NCBI GenBank assembly: GCA_963849325.1
Contig: CAWKHF010000003.1
Location: 32,001 to 96,000, forward strand
From: an uncultured Planctomycetota bacterium
Lineage (GTDB): Bacteria; Planctomycetota; Planctomycetia; Gemmatales; Gemmataceae
Length of the DNA stretch: 64,000 nucleotides
Direction: 5' to 3'
Every line of letters begins with the position of its first letter. Position 1 is the stretch's first letter. The notes beneath the pieces are model-generated. The model saw only the letters and a program-made list of their open reading frames with translations. It was not told the DNA's origin and made no database searches. Below, piece after piece: positions 11,004-22,044 of the stretch. The position numbers and the translations under genes are program-made.

Positions 11004-13237
11004 TTAGCCTCCGAGGTTTTCCGCCTCCCTGTCGTCCAGCCGATCGAACAACGGCCGCAAGGCCTTCTGGTAGTGGCGCCAGCGTCCCACCGCATGGCGG
11101 TAAATCGGCTGCCGCACCTGCGACAGGCTGGCCGTCCGCACCGGCCGCTCGTTGCGATGAAACTCCAGACAGGCCGGCTCCCACTCCAGGCCGAGGAACG
11201 CCACGACGCGACGCGCCACGCTTTCCAGGTCCGCGATCATGTCCTCGTACCGCACGTCCAGCACAGGCACCGGCAGGACCGTTCGCCAGTGCCCCATGAC
11301 CCGGCGATACTGGGCGAAGCGGCCAGCCAGGTGTTCAAAGTCGTTGGCCCAGGAGATGTCGCGGAACTGCGTCAGCCAGCACGAGACGGCCACGTCGCGC
11401 AGGTCGCGGCAACAATGCAGGAAGCGGGCGCGGGGAAAAGCGTTGCCAGGAAGCCGACATACAGATAATTGTCTGGCATTTTGTCGAGGACCCGCTCGGC
11501 GACGGCGTCGAACGCCGCCAGGCGATCGAGATGGCCGCGCCCCAACCGCCGCACCGTTTCGGCGTCGATTGTTCGCAGGAGGTCGAAGGCGCGTGCTTCG
11601 CAGGCGCCGTCGCCTCCTCCTCCGAGCGCCTCGAAACCTTCGCGGGCGAATCGCAGTTCGCCGGCGCCGTGGACGCGAGAATGGCTGGCCAGCACCTGCT
11701 CGAGCAAGGTGGTGCCGGAGCGTGGCAAGCCGACGATGAACACCGGGCGCTCGCTGTCCAGCCCGAAGCCTCGGACACGCTCGAAGAAAGCCGGGGTAAA
11801 CACGGCGAGCAAGCGATCGACGAACGCGGCGTGGGCCGCGGCGTCGTAAGCCCGCCCGGTTCGTTGGCGCCACGAACCCTCGGCCCGGTTGGCCTGCGCC
11901 AGATGGCGGGCGGCCTCGTCATGCTCGCGGCGGGCGTCGCACACCTGGGCCAGGCCGAAGTCCAGGACGGCGCGGTCGGCGTCGGTCAGGTTCGATCCGT
12001 CGAGGAGACGACGAATCGCCCCCTCATCCTCGGCAGGAAGCCGGTCGCGCAGGTGGGTCGCCAGCAAGGCCAGGGCGGTCGCGCAATCGGGATCGGTGCG
12101 GAGAGCGGTACGCAAACGGGCCAGGGCTTCCTCCCGCCGGTTCAACTGCAGCAGCACGTCGGCCAGGCGGCAGTTGATAGCCGGATCGTTCGGACGAGCC
12201 GCGAGCGCCGCGCGATATTCTTTCTCGACGGCGTCGAGCCGGCCCTGTTCGAGGTACACTCGCGCCAGCACGAGACGGGCTTCGACGTTACCTGGCTCCA
12301 GGCGCTGGGCGTTGCGGGCATGCGTTTCCGCCCCCGTCAGGTCGCGCGTTTCCAGCTGTAGGGTGGCGAGACGCAGTTGCAACGAAGCCGAGTCCGGTTG
12401 CAGCTGCACCGCCCGCATGATCCACGGGCGCGCCTCATCCGGTTTGCCTTGCTTGAGCAGGATCTCGCCGAGGTTGTTGTGGGTCGTGGCGAGGTTCGGC
12501 TCCCGACGCAGGGCTTCGAGGTAGCAGGCCCTGGCCTCGTCGAGGCTTCCCAGCCGCCGCAGGACGTTGCCGAGGTTATTGTGCGCCGCCGCCGACCGGG
12601 GATCGAGACGTACCGCTTCCCGGCAGTGGCCCAGCGCTTCCTGAGGCCGATTGCCTTCCAGCAACAATTGTCCGAGGTTGCCGTGGGCCAGCCCCAGACG
12701 GGAATCCAACTCGACGGCGCGTCGAAAGTGGCCGAACGCCTGCTCTGTCTGGTCGAGCATCCGGCAGGCGTTGCCGAGGTTGTTGTGGGCCAGAGGGAAG
12801 TTCGGACGATGGAGCAGGGCTTGCCGGAACAGCGCGGCAGCTTCGGCGGGTCGGCCTTTCTGCAGGAGAATCGAGCCGAGATTGTAGGCAGCGTCCGCGT
12901 TATCTGGGCGTAATCGTAAGGCCAGCTGATGGCACGCGGCCGCCCGGCCGAGATGGCCGAGGGCGCGATACGCCTCGCCGAGGTTGGAGTGAAAGGCGGA
13001 GTCGTTCGGTTCGAGGGCCACGGCGCGTTCCATCCATTGGAGGGCCTGCCGCGGCTGTCCCCGCTGCAAATAGGCCACCCCGAGCAGATGCAACGCGCGA
13101 GCGTCGGAGGGGTCGGCCGAAACGACTTGGTGGTAAAGCGGAACGGCTCGGGCGAGGTCGCCGCGCCGATGATGAGCCAGCGCGTCTACCAGGACGGCCG
13201 ATGAGGGGCCAGGCCTGAGCGTCTTCTCGTCGTCCAC
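11004..13237 (-). CDS. TPR-repeat protein fused to a PAPS-dependent sulfotransferase (frameshift near 11430; start uncertain)
   Basis: Many TPRs (AHNNLGN..., AHGNLGQ...); PVFIVGLPRSGTTLLEQVLASH; DKMPDNY; second frame gives RDLRDVAVSC, VRYEDM and VRTASLSQVRQPIY. Confidence 0.88.
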
Positions 13238-13931
13238 TCGCGTGTCCCGAAGAGACCACAGAGTTCTGGTTCCGAGGTTTCGCCGCGCGCATGAAGGGCG
13301 CGGCCCGATCGGCGCGACGAATGCGAATAAGGGGCAATCAGGCTGCCGCGACCAACGAACGTAGGGTTCGATCGCGCACCGGCCGCATCGCACATAGGTG
13401 GGTGAGCGAATCGGAGATCCTGATTGAAGTAGAGAAATCTCAGGGGTATAGTCTAGATGATTTCGCGGTAACTGTCAACCAGCTTTTCCACAATGGACTT
13501 ATTGTTAATCGTTTCACGAAATCGCGAATGCCCGAGCTTTAGGTTTATTGATAACTTCAACCCGCAACATGGCACCAAGGTGATTAGCTATTAATTAGAT
13601 AATAATAGTAGCTAATACGATAATCATCATTGCGCTCTTGGTGCGCTCCTACTCCATTTAGTTACAATTACTGCCTATAAAGTAGATAATGCGCACGATT
13701 ACGGTGGGACAAAGGCCCTGCGGACGGCCCGAGAATACCAGCCTAATTTCCCCGTCTGCAACGCCTTCCCATGCGTAACGGTCTTCGGTGCGCCTTGTGA
13801 TGCGAGATCGGTTCTGCCAATGCAGGTTGGTCTCATGGGAAGGAGGTAAGTAATGCACCGCCTTACGGGCTGAGCGCCGGCTCTCCCGGATACCTCCACC
13901 CGAAAGAGGTGGGGGAAAAAGCATGGCGGCA

Positions 13932-14190
13932 TAGAGTTCCCCACGAATTCGGAGCGCGGGGTTAAGGATTACACGGCTTGTTTATACTCGACCGTAGGTT
14001 GCGATCCCATAGCCGAGTGCCGCCGCACATGGTTGTAAAACACTTCGATGTACTCAAACACACTGGCTCATGCTTCCGTTCGAGTCTGGTAATCTGCATC
14101 ATGGACCCACTCTTTCTTCCGCGACGCGAAAAAACTTTCCATCGGTGCGTTATCCTAGTAATCGCCACGGCGGCGTTCTGCTTCCATAGC
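13932..14190 (-). mobile_element. IS3-family remnant: transposase C-terminus with two stop codons plus the right terminal repeat region
   Basis: Minus-strand translation RRGDY*DNAPMESFFASRKKEWVH...EA*ASVFEYIEVFYNHVRRHSAMG, followed by ...GTGGGGAACTCTA. Confidence 0.8.
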
Positions 14191-14362
14191 GTTGCTACGG
14201 CGTGCAGCGGAATTGGACCCGGCGCGTCGCCCCCATACCGGGTGCCGCGGACCCCTCACCGCGTGACAGGTCAACTCCTGTGGCGAGAGCGTTCGGAGTC
14301 TAATCATCCGGACTGGCGGTGGATTGCAGCCTTGGCCCGCTGTCCGACCCGGATCGTGATGA

Positions 14363-14508
14363 GAGTCTGTTCCCGAAGCTCCCCTCTCCCCTGTACTCCG
14401 GGGAGAGGGGTTGGGGGTGAGGGGTGAGAAACCCACGAAAAACCCGCCCTCTCACCCCAACCCCTCTCCCCCGGTACTCCGGGGGAGAGGGGCTTTCGGA
14501 ACAGAATC
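14363..14508. mobile_element. MITE copy 1 (146 bp): inverted REP-like doublet, imperfect TIRs, TGA target duplication
   Basis: TGA[GAGTCTGTTCCCGAAG...CTTTCGGAACAGAATC]TGA with two internal CCCCTCTCCC...GGGAGAGGGG hairpins. Confidence 0.8.
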
Positions 14509-14697
14509 TGAGACGGTTTCGACATCATTCCCTCCTTCGGAAAGGATACCCGGTGGGAATTCCGCGACGCATTTCAGCCTTTGAAGCGGTCAACATTAGC
14601 CATCGGCGTACTGCGTCCTGCACATCGTGCAGATAAAGTTTGGCATGATCTCGACCCACCGTGCGGGTGGTTTGCCCGCACGGGCCGGAAACGACCG

Positions 14698-15285
14698 TCA
14701 GGCTGTCTCCGACTTCAACTCTGCCAGTAGCTTTTCCAGCGCCGCAGGCTCGACAGGCTTGACGAGATGGCCGTTGAAGCCCGCCTCCTGCGAACGGCGC
14801 TTGTCCTCATCCTGGCCCCAGCCGGTCAGGGCAACGATGCCCACATTCTCCCCCCACGGCTGCTCTCGAATGCGACGGCAGGCGTCGTAGCCGTTCAGCT
14901 TGGGCATCCCGATGTCCAGCAGGATGAGGTCGGGCCGGAACGCCGCCCCCGCTTCCACCCCTTCCAGGCCATCGTGGGCGGTCCGAACCTCGTGGCCCAT
15001 CATCTGGAGCATCATCGCCAGGCTGCTCGCAGAATCCACGTTATCGTCCACCACCAGAATGCGTCGTCCGGTCGCCCGGAAGGGTCGCCGGTCGTCCCTC
15101 TCTCCCTGTTGCTCCTGCATCACCGACAGCATGAGCGGCAGGCGAATGATGAACTCACTCCCCAGGCCATGACCTTCGCTGTGTGCCTCAACGCTGCCGC
15201 CGTGCATTTCGACCAGCCGCTTCACGATGGTCAGGCCGACGCCCAACCCGCCCTGCGACTTTTCCAGCGACCGATCTATCTGCGT
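14698..15285 (-). pseudogene. 3' fragment of a hybrid sensor kinase (end of HATPase domain plus receiver domain)
   Basis: GGLGVGLTIVKRLVEMHGG, ILVVDDN, LLDIGMPKLNGY and HLVKPV; the N-terminal part is missing at the presumed island boundary. Confidence 0.85.
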
Positions 15286-15592
15286 GCCCGCACGATGGCG
15301 GAGCGAGCCTCTCGGCCCGTGGCTTGACTCTCCTCTCCGAAGCAGCGGCGTAATACGCTCTCTCTCTGCAGACGTGCTCTCGGTGTCGGTTCCGTGACCG
15401 GCCCGCGCATTCTATCCACCAGTTGCCGGTTCCACGCGAGGCGCCCGCGTAGCAATCCGACCTTAGCCCGCCACTTTTCGCGACTCAAAAAATCTCTCTT
15501 TTTTGTCTCTTATGGCCTTGAGTTCTCCGCCAATACGAGGCTCACTGTCCACTGGGGTTGACCGTTTCCCGATCCCGATAAAGGAGAACCCT

Positions 15593-16238
15593 GTGGAGCT
15601 AAACATCGTCAACGAGGTCGCGATGCTGCAACGGCTGAGCGTCGGCCAACTGCGGCAACGCTTCGCCGAACTGTTCGGCGAAGCCACCGCCGCCAGCAAC
15701 CGCACCTGGCTGGTCAAACGCATCGCCTGGCGAATGCAAGCACTGGCCGAAGGCGACCTGTCCCAACGCGCCCGCCAACGCGCCGCCGAACTGGCCCACG
15801 ACGCCGACATCCGACTCAATCCACCACACGACAAAACCACCCCTGCCGCACTGCCCGAGCCGGTCAACGTCCCGGCGCCGTTCGATCCGCGTCTGCCGCC
15901 GCCAGGCACCATCCTCACCCGGCCCTACAAGGGACAGCAACGGCATGTCCAGGTGCTCCACGACGGCTTCGCCTACGCCGGCAATGTCTATCCTTCGCTT
16001 AGAGTCTGTCCCGTAAGCCCCCCTCTCCCCCGTACTCGGGGGAGAGGGGTTGGGGGTGAGGGGGCGGCAAACCCGCAGAAAACGCCCCCTCACCCCAACC
16101 CCTCTCCCCCGGAGTACCGGGGGAGAGGGGCTTACGGGACAGACACTTAGCGCCGTCGCCAAGGTCATCACCGGCACGCACACCAACAGCTACCACTTCT
16201 TCCGCAACACCCTCAACCACAACAAGGAGACCGCATGA
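15593..16238 (+). pseudogene. DUF2924 family protein interrupted by a MITE
   Basis: [57 protein letters not shown]. Removing 16002-16149 restores the frame. Confidence 0.88.
16002..16146. mobile_element. MITE copy 2 (145 bp) with TTA target duplication
   Basis: TTA[GAGTCTGTCCCGTAAG...CTTACGGGACAGACAC]TTA; 15/16 TIR match; same internal inverted REP-like doublet as copy 1. Confidence 0.88.
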
Positions 16239-16965
16239 ACCCGCACGCCAAGAAAGCCGCGGCCACCCTGACGCTGGTCCGCTGCGCCATCTACACACGC
16301 AAGTCCACCGAGGAAGGACGGGAACAGGAGTTCAATTCGCTGGACGCCCAACGCGAGTCCGCCGAAACCTTCATCCGCAGCCAGACCCACGAAGGCTGGA
16401 CCTGCTTGCCAGACCGCTATGACGACGGCGGCTTTACCGGCGGCAACATGGAACGACCGGCGCTCCAGCGCCTGCTGGCCGACATCCAAGCGGGCAAGAT
16501 TGACTGTGTCGTGACTTACAAAGTCGATCGCTTAAGTCGCTCGCTGTTGGACTTCGCCAACAGGACGACGCCTGCGTCGCCCAGTGGGAAGGCGAGCGTG
16601 TCGGCTTGGAGCGTGATCTGCTGCGGGGGCAGAGCGAAGTCCACAAGCTGCTGGCCGAAGTTGGCTCGGCGCAGCGGTTGGCGGCGCGGTGACACGCTTG
16701 GCCGAGCTGCAAGCACGGCTGTCTCAGGTCGAGCAGCGGCTGGCACGCTTGCGGGGGCAAAGGGAAGCGTTGCAGCAGGAGCGTCTGGACCAAGCCGCGG
16801 CGACCGCAGCGTTGTCCGGCTTGCTTCCGGCCTGGGAGTCAATGACTCCCGACAAGCAGGCGTGGATCGTTCGTTTGCTGGTGTCGCGGGTGGACTACGA
16901 CGGCCAGCACGGCAAGGCGTCGATCGCCTTTCAGCCCTTGGGTCTGAAAACGTTGGCCGGCGAGC
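16235..16965 (+). pseudogene. Large serine recombinase with internal deletion
   Basis: [33 protein letters not shown] and YKVDRLSRS; jumps at ~16560 to the C-terminal coiled coil and [24 protein letters not shown]. Confidence 0.88.
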
Positions 16966-17141
16966 GTGTCGCGTTTCCAGGTGACCTGCTCGCCGTTCGC
17001 CCACTGGATCTTCACCGCGACCCCGTTGGCCCACACGATGCGTCCCTCCACGCCGTCGTCGGTGCAGCGCACGCGGCTGCCGATCTTCAGTGCCGGCAGG
17101 TTGCTGCCGGCGGTCGTCCGCTTGTCCTTCTTCTTCGCCAT
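16955..17141 (-). pseudogene. 5' fragment of an element-associated protein (SH3/KOW-like N-terminus)
   Basis: MAKKK...[45 protein letters not shown] with a GGGAG RBS; 3' end lost at the junction with the recombinase. Confidence 0.55.
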
Positions 17142-17349
17142 GTTTGTCTCCCCAGTGTTTGGTCGATTGCAAGCGGACGCTGCGACGATCGCAACGTCCG
17201 CCAGGGTCAGTCACTTACCTCGTGCGCGGGTACAACCGCAACTCAATTCGCAGACAATTTCAGTCTTTTTTTCAACTTCTGGGTCACCGCCGCTTCAGGG
17301 ACGCCCCCTTCGGTGCAAGACCGTCGTTTGCCAGAGAAAGAGGTGAAGC

Positions 17350-18648
17350 ATGCTCGTGGAAATGCGTTCGCTTGGCAGCATTCGCCCTTACGAAAACAAC
17401 CCGCGTCAGAACGACGACGCCGTGCAGGCCGTGGCCGCATCGATTCGTGAATTCGGCTTTCGCCAGCCCATCGTCGTGGACGAGCACGGCATCATCATCG
17501 TCGGCCACACGCGCTACAAGGCCGCCCTCCTACGGGGCCTGACGGAGGTGCCGGTTCATGTGGCAGTCGGCCTATCGCCGGAGAAGGCCAAAGCGTACCG
17601 CCTCGCGGACAACCAGACGGCGACGCTGTCGCAATGGGATGACGACAAGCTGGTTCAGGAACTGGCTCAACTGCAGGAGATGGACTTCGACCTGGCCCTG
17701 GCCGGCTTCTCGTCCGGGGATCTGCAGCGCCTTTTGGAGGCCGGGTCCGGCGTGGGGCTGACCGACCCGGACGCCGTACCCGAGCCGCCCGACGAGGCCA
17801 TCACGCAATCCGGCGATCCGTGGGTGCTTGGCAAGCACCGCCTGCTCTGCGGCGACAGCAGCAAGTCCCCAGACCTGGACCGCCTGCTCGACGGCGCCGC
17901 CATCCACCTGGTCAACACCGACCCGCCTTACAACGTCAAGGTCGAGCCACGCAGCAACAACGCCATCGCCGCCGGACTGTCGTCATTCCAGGGGACGACC
18001 CCTCACCAGTCCCTCGACCTGGCCCGCCACCCGGAGAAGGCCCAGCCGACAGCGAAGAAACTGCGTGCCAAGGACCGCCCGCTGGCCAACGACTTCGTCT
18101 CCGACGAGGAGTTCGACCGCCTGCTGCACGCCTGGTTCGGCAATCTGGCCCGCGTGTTGCGACCGGGCCGCGCGTTCTACATCTGGGGCGGATACGCCAA
18201 CTGTGGCAACTATCCGCCCGTGCTCCAGGCCACGGGCCTGTACTTCTCGCAGGCGATCATCTGGGACAAGCAACACCCGGTGCTGACCCGCAAAGATTTC
18301 ATGGGCGCGCATGAGTGGTGCTTCTATGGCTGGCGTGAAGGCGCCGCCCACCAGTTCTTCGGACCGGCCAATGCCACCGATTTGTGGAGTATCAAGAAAG
18401 TCAACCCGCAGAGCATGATCCATCTCACCGAGAAGCCCGTCGAGCTGGCCGGCCGCGCCCTGCACTACTCGTCGAAAACCGGCGAGAACGTGCTGGACCT
18501 GTTCGGCGGTAGCGGCTCCACGCTCATCGCGGCCGAGCAGGCCGGACGGCACGCCTTCCTCATGGAGTTGGACCCCCTCTACTGCGACGTCATCGTGCAG
18601 CGCTATGAGCAATTCACGGGCCACAAGGCGGTGCGCACGGGCTCATGA
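17350..18648 (+). CDS. ParB/Srx N-terminal domain fused to an N4/N6 DNA methyltransferase
   Basis: PYENNPRQND, SIREFGFRQPIVVD and GHTRYKAA; HRLLCGDS, TDPPYNV, HLTEKPVEL and VLDLFGGSGSTLIAAE. Confidence 0.93.
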   Translation: MLVEMRSLGSIRPYENNPRQNDDAVQAVAASIREFGFRQPIVVDEHGIIIVGHTRYKAALLRGLTEVPVHVAVGLSPEKAKAYRLADNQTATLSQWDDDKLVQELAQLQEMDFDLALAGFSSGDLQRLLEAGSGVGLTDPDAVPEPPDEAITQSGDPWVLGKHRLLCGDSSKSPDLDRLLDGAAIHLVNTDPPYNVKVEPRSNNAIAAGLSSFQGTTPHQSLDLARHPEKAQPTAKKLRAKDRPLANDFVSDEEFDRLLHAWFGNLARVLRPGRAFYIWGGYANCGNYPPVLQATGLYFSQAIIWDKQHPVLTRKDFMGAHEWCFYGWREGAAHQFFGPANATDLWSIKKVNPQSMIHLTEKPVELAGRALHYSSKTGENVLDLFGGSGSTLIAAEQAGRHAFLMELDPLYCDVIVQRYEQFTGHKAVRTGS

Positions 18649-18706
18649 AGGCGGCGAGGTGGGAGGCGGGTGACACAACGGGGTCCGTTGTGAAGGAGGG
18701 TTAGCC

Positions 18707-19288
18707 ATGTCCGAGTTGTCGCCGGCACCGTGGGAGCAACAACTGCGGGAATCTCCCCGGGCATTCGGGGCGTTCCGTGTGTACCGCGACCTCGGCCCGC
18801 GGCGGACCCTCCGTGCCGCCGCCGAGGCGTTCTACGGCCGCGCGTCGGGCGCACTGGAGCGTCAGGTCGATAAGTGGTCGCGCACCTTCCACTGGGTCGA
18901 GCGCGCCGGCGCCTGGGACCGGCATCTGGACGCCGAGGTGTGCCGGGCCCAGGAGACGGCGCGACGCGAGATGGCGCAGCGACAGGCGCAGGAGGCCCGC
19001 GCCCTGCAAGCCAAAGCCGTGGAGCGGCTGCGAATGCTGCGTCCCGAGGAGCTGGAGCCGGCCGACGTGCTGCGGTTCCTCGTCGAAGCCGCCAAGCTGG
19101 AACGCCTGGCCCTGGGCGAGCCGGATAGTGTGCAGCGGCAAGAGCTGACCGGCCGCGGCGGCGGCCCGCTGCACTTTTCCCTGGAAGATGCGGTGACCGC
19201 GGCCCGCGAATTGGAGGAGTCTCAACGTGATTGCTTACAACGAGGCGGAGGCGAAACGCTTGCAGATCGAAATCCTCAAGTGCCGTAA
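18707..19288 (+). CDS. Probable terminase small subunit-like protein
   Basis: PWEQQLRESPRAFGAFRVYRDLGPRRTL...WVERAGAWD and C-terminal ELTGRGGGPL; lies between the MTase and TerL; AAGGAGG RBS. Confidence 0.6.
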   Translation: MSELSPAPWEQQLRESPRAFGAFRVYRDLGPRRTLRAAAEAFYGRASGALERQVDKWSRTFHWVERAGAWDRHLDAEVCRAQETARREMAQRQAQEARALQAKAVERLRMLRPEELEPADVLRFLVEAAKLERLALGEPDSVQRQELTGRGGGPLHFSLEDAVTAARELEESQRDCLQRGGGETLADRNPQVP

Positions 19289-20682
19289 GTCCTTCGCGTA
19301 TTTCTGCGACAGCTACTGCCAGAACCTGTCCGACTGCGGTCAGGGCGGGAGCTGGGTGCCATTCCACCTCTGGCCGCAGCAGCGGCGCGTGGCCGAACTG
19401 CTCCAGGCCAACCGCCTGGTCGTGGTGCTCAAGGCCAGGCAACTGGGACTGACCTGGCTGGTGCTGGCCTTCACCTTGTGGCTGCTGCTGTTCCACCCGA
19501 TCGCCACGGTGCTGCTGTTCTCCCGACGCGACGACGAGGCGGTGGATTTGCTCACCGTGCGTCTGCGGGGCATGTACGACCGCTTGCCGGCTTGGTTGCA
19601 AGCAAGCGCGGTCACTACCGCCAATGACCACGAGTGGGCGCTGGTCAGCGGCTCGCGGGCGCTGGCCTTCCCGACCACGGCGGGCGACAGCTACACGGCG
19701 ACCTTGGCCGTCGTCGATGAGGCCGATTTATGCACCGACCTCGACCGGCTGATGCGGGCGGTCAAGCCGACCATCGACGCGGGCGGGCGAATGGTGCTGT
19801 TGAGCCGGTCGGACAAGTCCAAGCCGCAAAGCCCCTTCAAGCGGATGTACAGGGCGGCGCGGCAGGAGCAGAACGGTTGGGTTCCGGTCTTCCTGCCCTG
19901 GGATGCCCGGCCTGACCGCGATGCGGCCTGGTACGAAGCCCAACGGCGTGACGTGCTGGCCCGCACGGGTTCTGCCGACGACCTGGCCGAGCAGTACCCG
20001 GCGACCGATGCCGAGGCCCTGGCGCCGCGCGCAGGACAAGCGTATCCCCGCCGCCTGGCTGCAACAGTGCTTCGCGGAGCGACCGCCGCTGGCGTCGCCG
20101 CCGCAGGATATGCCGGCGATTTCTGGCCTGGCCGTGTTCGCGCTGCCGCAGGCCGGCCGCCGCTACGTCATCGGCGCCGATCCGGCCGAGGGCAACCCCA
20201 GCAGTGACGATAGCGCCCTATGCGTCCTCGACACGGAATCCGGCCAGCAGATGGCGGAATTGGCCGGCAAATTCGAGCCGTCCGTGTTTGCCGACTACGC
20301 ATATCAACTGGCCCGGTGGTTCAATAGGGCCGACGTTCTGGTGGAACGAAACAACCACGGCCACGCCGTCTTGCTGTGGCTGCGTGACCATGGGCGGGGC
20401 CTGCAATTGCTGGCCGGTCACGACGGACAGCCGGGCTGGCTGTCCTCGAGCTTGGGCAAAGCGCAGTTGTATGACAAATGCGCCGAAGGCTTCAAGAACG
20501 CCGAGCTAACCCTGCACTCCTTCGCCACCTATATCCAAGTGGCCTCCATCGACGGCTCGACGCTGCGTGCTCCCGACGGGCAGCCGGACGATCGCGCCGA
20601 CGCCTTGGCGTTGGCGTGCGTGGCGCGCACGACGCGGAAGCGCACGTTTTGGCTGCGTTTTGGCGGGGAGGTGTTTCGCTGA
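19227..20682 (+). CDS. Terminase large subunit (frameshift near 20030)
   Basis: VVVLKARQLGLTW (Walker A-like), AVVDEA (Walker B), nuclease motifs YVIGADPAEG, VERNNHG and DDRADALALA. Confidence 0.85.
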
Positions 20683-20721
20683 TACGGTCGCGGCAGTGGC
20701 CTATGTCGGGACAGTGCCGCG

Positions 20722-20991
20722 TTGGGTCCGGTACGACACGATAGGTTACGTCCAGGCACACGCATCGAGTTCCATCCCTGGCAGACGCCCGGCTCCCTCT
20801 TGGAGCCACCTCCCCCGCCGCCCCGAGTTAAGCGCGATCCCATGGAACTTGCGCGATTCTACCAGTCGCTGCTCGACCGCGGCGTGGTGGAGAACCGCGC
20901 GGGCCTCGCCCGCTACCTCGGCGTGAGTCGCGCCCGCGTATCGCAAGTCCTCAAGCGGCTCCAGCCGGCACAGGGGGAGGGCACGTCATGA
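20722..20991 (+). CDS. Small HTH protein
   Basis: RAGLARYLGVSRARVSQVLKRL helix-turn-helix. Confidence 0.6.
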   Translation: MGPVRHDRLRPGTRIEFHPWQTPGSLLEPPPPPPRVKRDPMELARFYQSLLDRGVVENRAGLARYLGVSRARVSQVLKRLQPAQGEGTS

Positions 20992-21267
20992 GCCCTTCTC
21001 TTGTCCCGCAGCGTGCTCACCCGGTCTACACGCTCACGGACATCCTGGCCCGATACGTCGGCGTTGAGCGCGACCTCGTCCAGTTCGTCGAGTTCCTGAG
21101 CCTGCCCGCCGGTCGGATGGTCATGCCAGTCACCACCGCCCGCTAAATGAATAGAAATCCGCCTTACATCCTGAACTGAACGCCACTTCGCCCGCGATTT
21201 TCTTGGCGTTGCGAGGCACCGGCCCGGTCAGGGAACCACCACGGTTCTTCTGGAAAGGAGAGTCACA

Positions 21268-21827
21268 TGATCCTGTTTCAAGCCAAATTAGCCTGCATTC
21301 TCCGCGAACTGGAGAAGTTCGAGCGGGTGCGCGTCATCAGGCCGCTGGGAAAAACCAGCGTCCTGCGGATGCTGTTTGAAGACTTCCAGTATCGCTACCT
21401 CGACGGCAACCTGCCCGCGGAAGGAATGGCCAGGTGACAGGCCTTGCGGGTGGCGTGCCGGGACCGATCGACCTCTGCCAGGGAGAAGAGTCGCGACCTC
21501 TACGCCTGGCTGGTTAAGACGTATCTTCCCTTCCCGCGTCTGCACGTTTGCCTCGAATCCTGGACCCTTGTCCTGGACGGGGTGGCCTACTCGAACATCG
21601 ATCAGACACTTCTGCGTGTGATAATTGTCCTCGATCGAGCGCGGCTGACGGCCGAGTCCGAGGGCGACACCGTGTTCGTGCCCGAGAAGCAAATCAAGGC
21701 ACAGATCTCGGAAGACCTCGGCGAAAAAGCGATCCGCCGACTCCGGAAGCGGCTGCTGCCCGAACTTCAACCGCTGATTTACGCCCACTCCGGAAAGGGC
21801 CTGGCACTCATTCTTCCACCCCGCTGA
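21268..21827 (+). pseudogene. Hypothetical, possibly DNA-binding, protein with an in-frame TGA
   Basis: AAGGAG RBS, then MILFQAKL...EGMAR*QALRVACR..., continuous in frame with ORF 21444..21827. Confidence 0.45.
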
Positions 21828-21845
21828 GGCTGCGGGGTTCGCAAG

Positions 21846-21976
21846 TGTCCGGAAGTGTCCGGATCGGATCCACTACGCGGCCCGTGACGGTGTCCGCAAG
21901 TGTCCGCGGCTCGGCACGGAACTGCCCGCATGTGTCCGAAACACCAGCATCCTCCACAAATGTCCGGAACTGTCCC
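21846..21976. repeat. Four tandem pairs of a TGTCCG-like hexamer, 10 bp apart within each pair (iteron/operator-like)
   Basis: Copies start at 21846/21856, 21891/21901, 21923(TGCCCG)/21933 and 21961/21971(TGTCCC). Confidence 0.75.
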
Positions 21977-22044
21977 TTGGTTCCTCATGGGGCTGCGATT
22001 TACCCTGGGTGCCTCGCCTCAATCAACAATAGAGGGTCATCCCA

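Noticed and set aside
15290-15330. attL direct repeat of the tRNA-Asn 3' end at the island's left edge
   Set aside because: No matching sequence found by eye, so the left boundary remains approximate.
14380-16140. CCCCTCTCCC...GGGAGAGGGG repeats as a CRISPR array or as terminators
   Set aside because: Only two inverted units per locus, no unique spacers and no cas genes; TIRs and TSDs explain them as MITEs.
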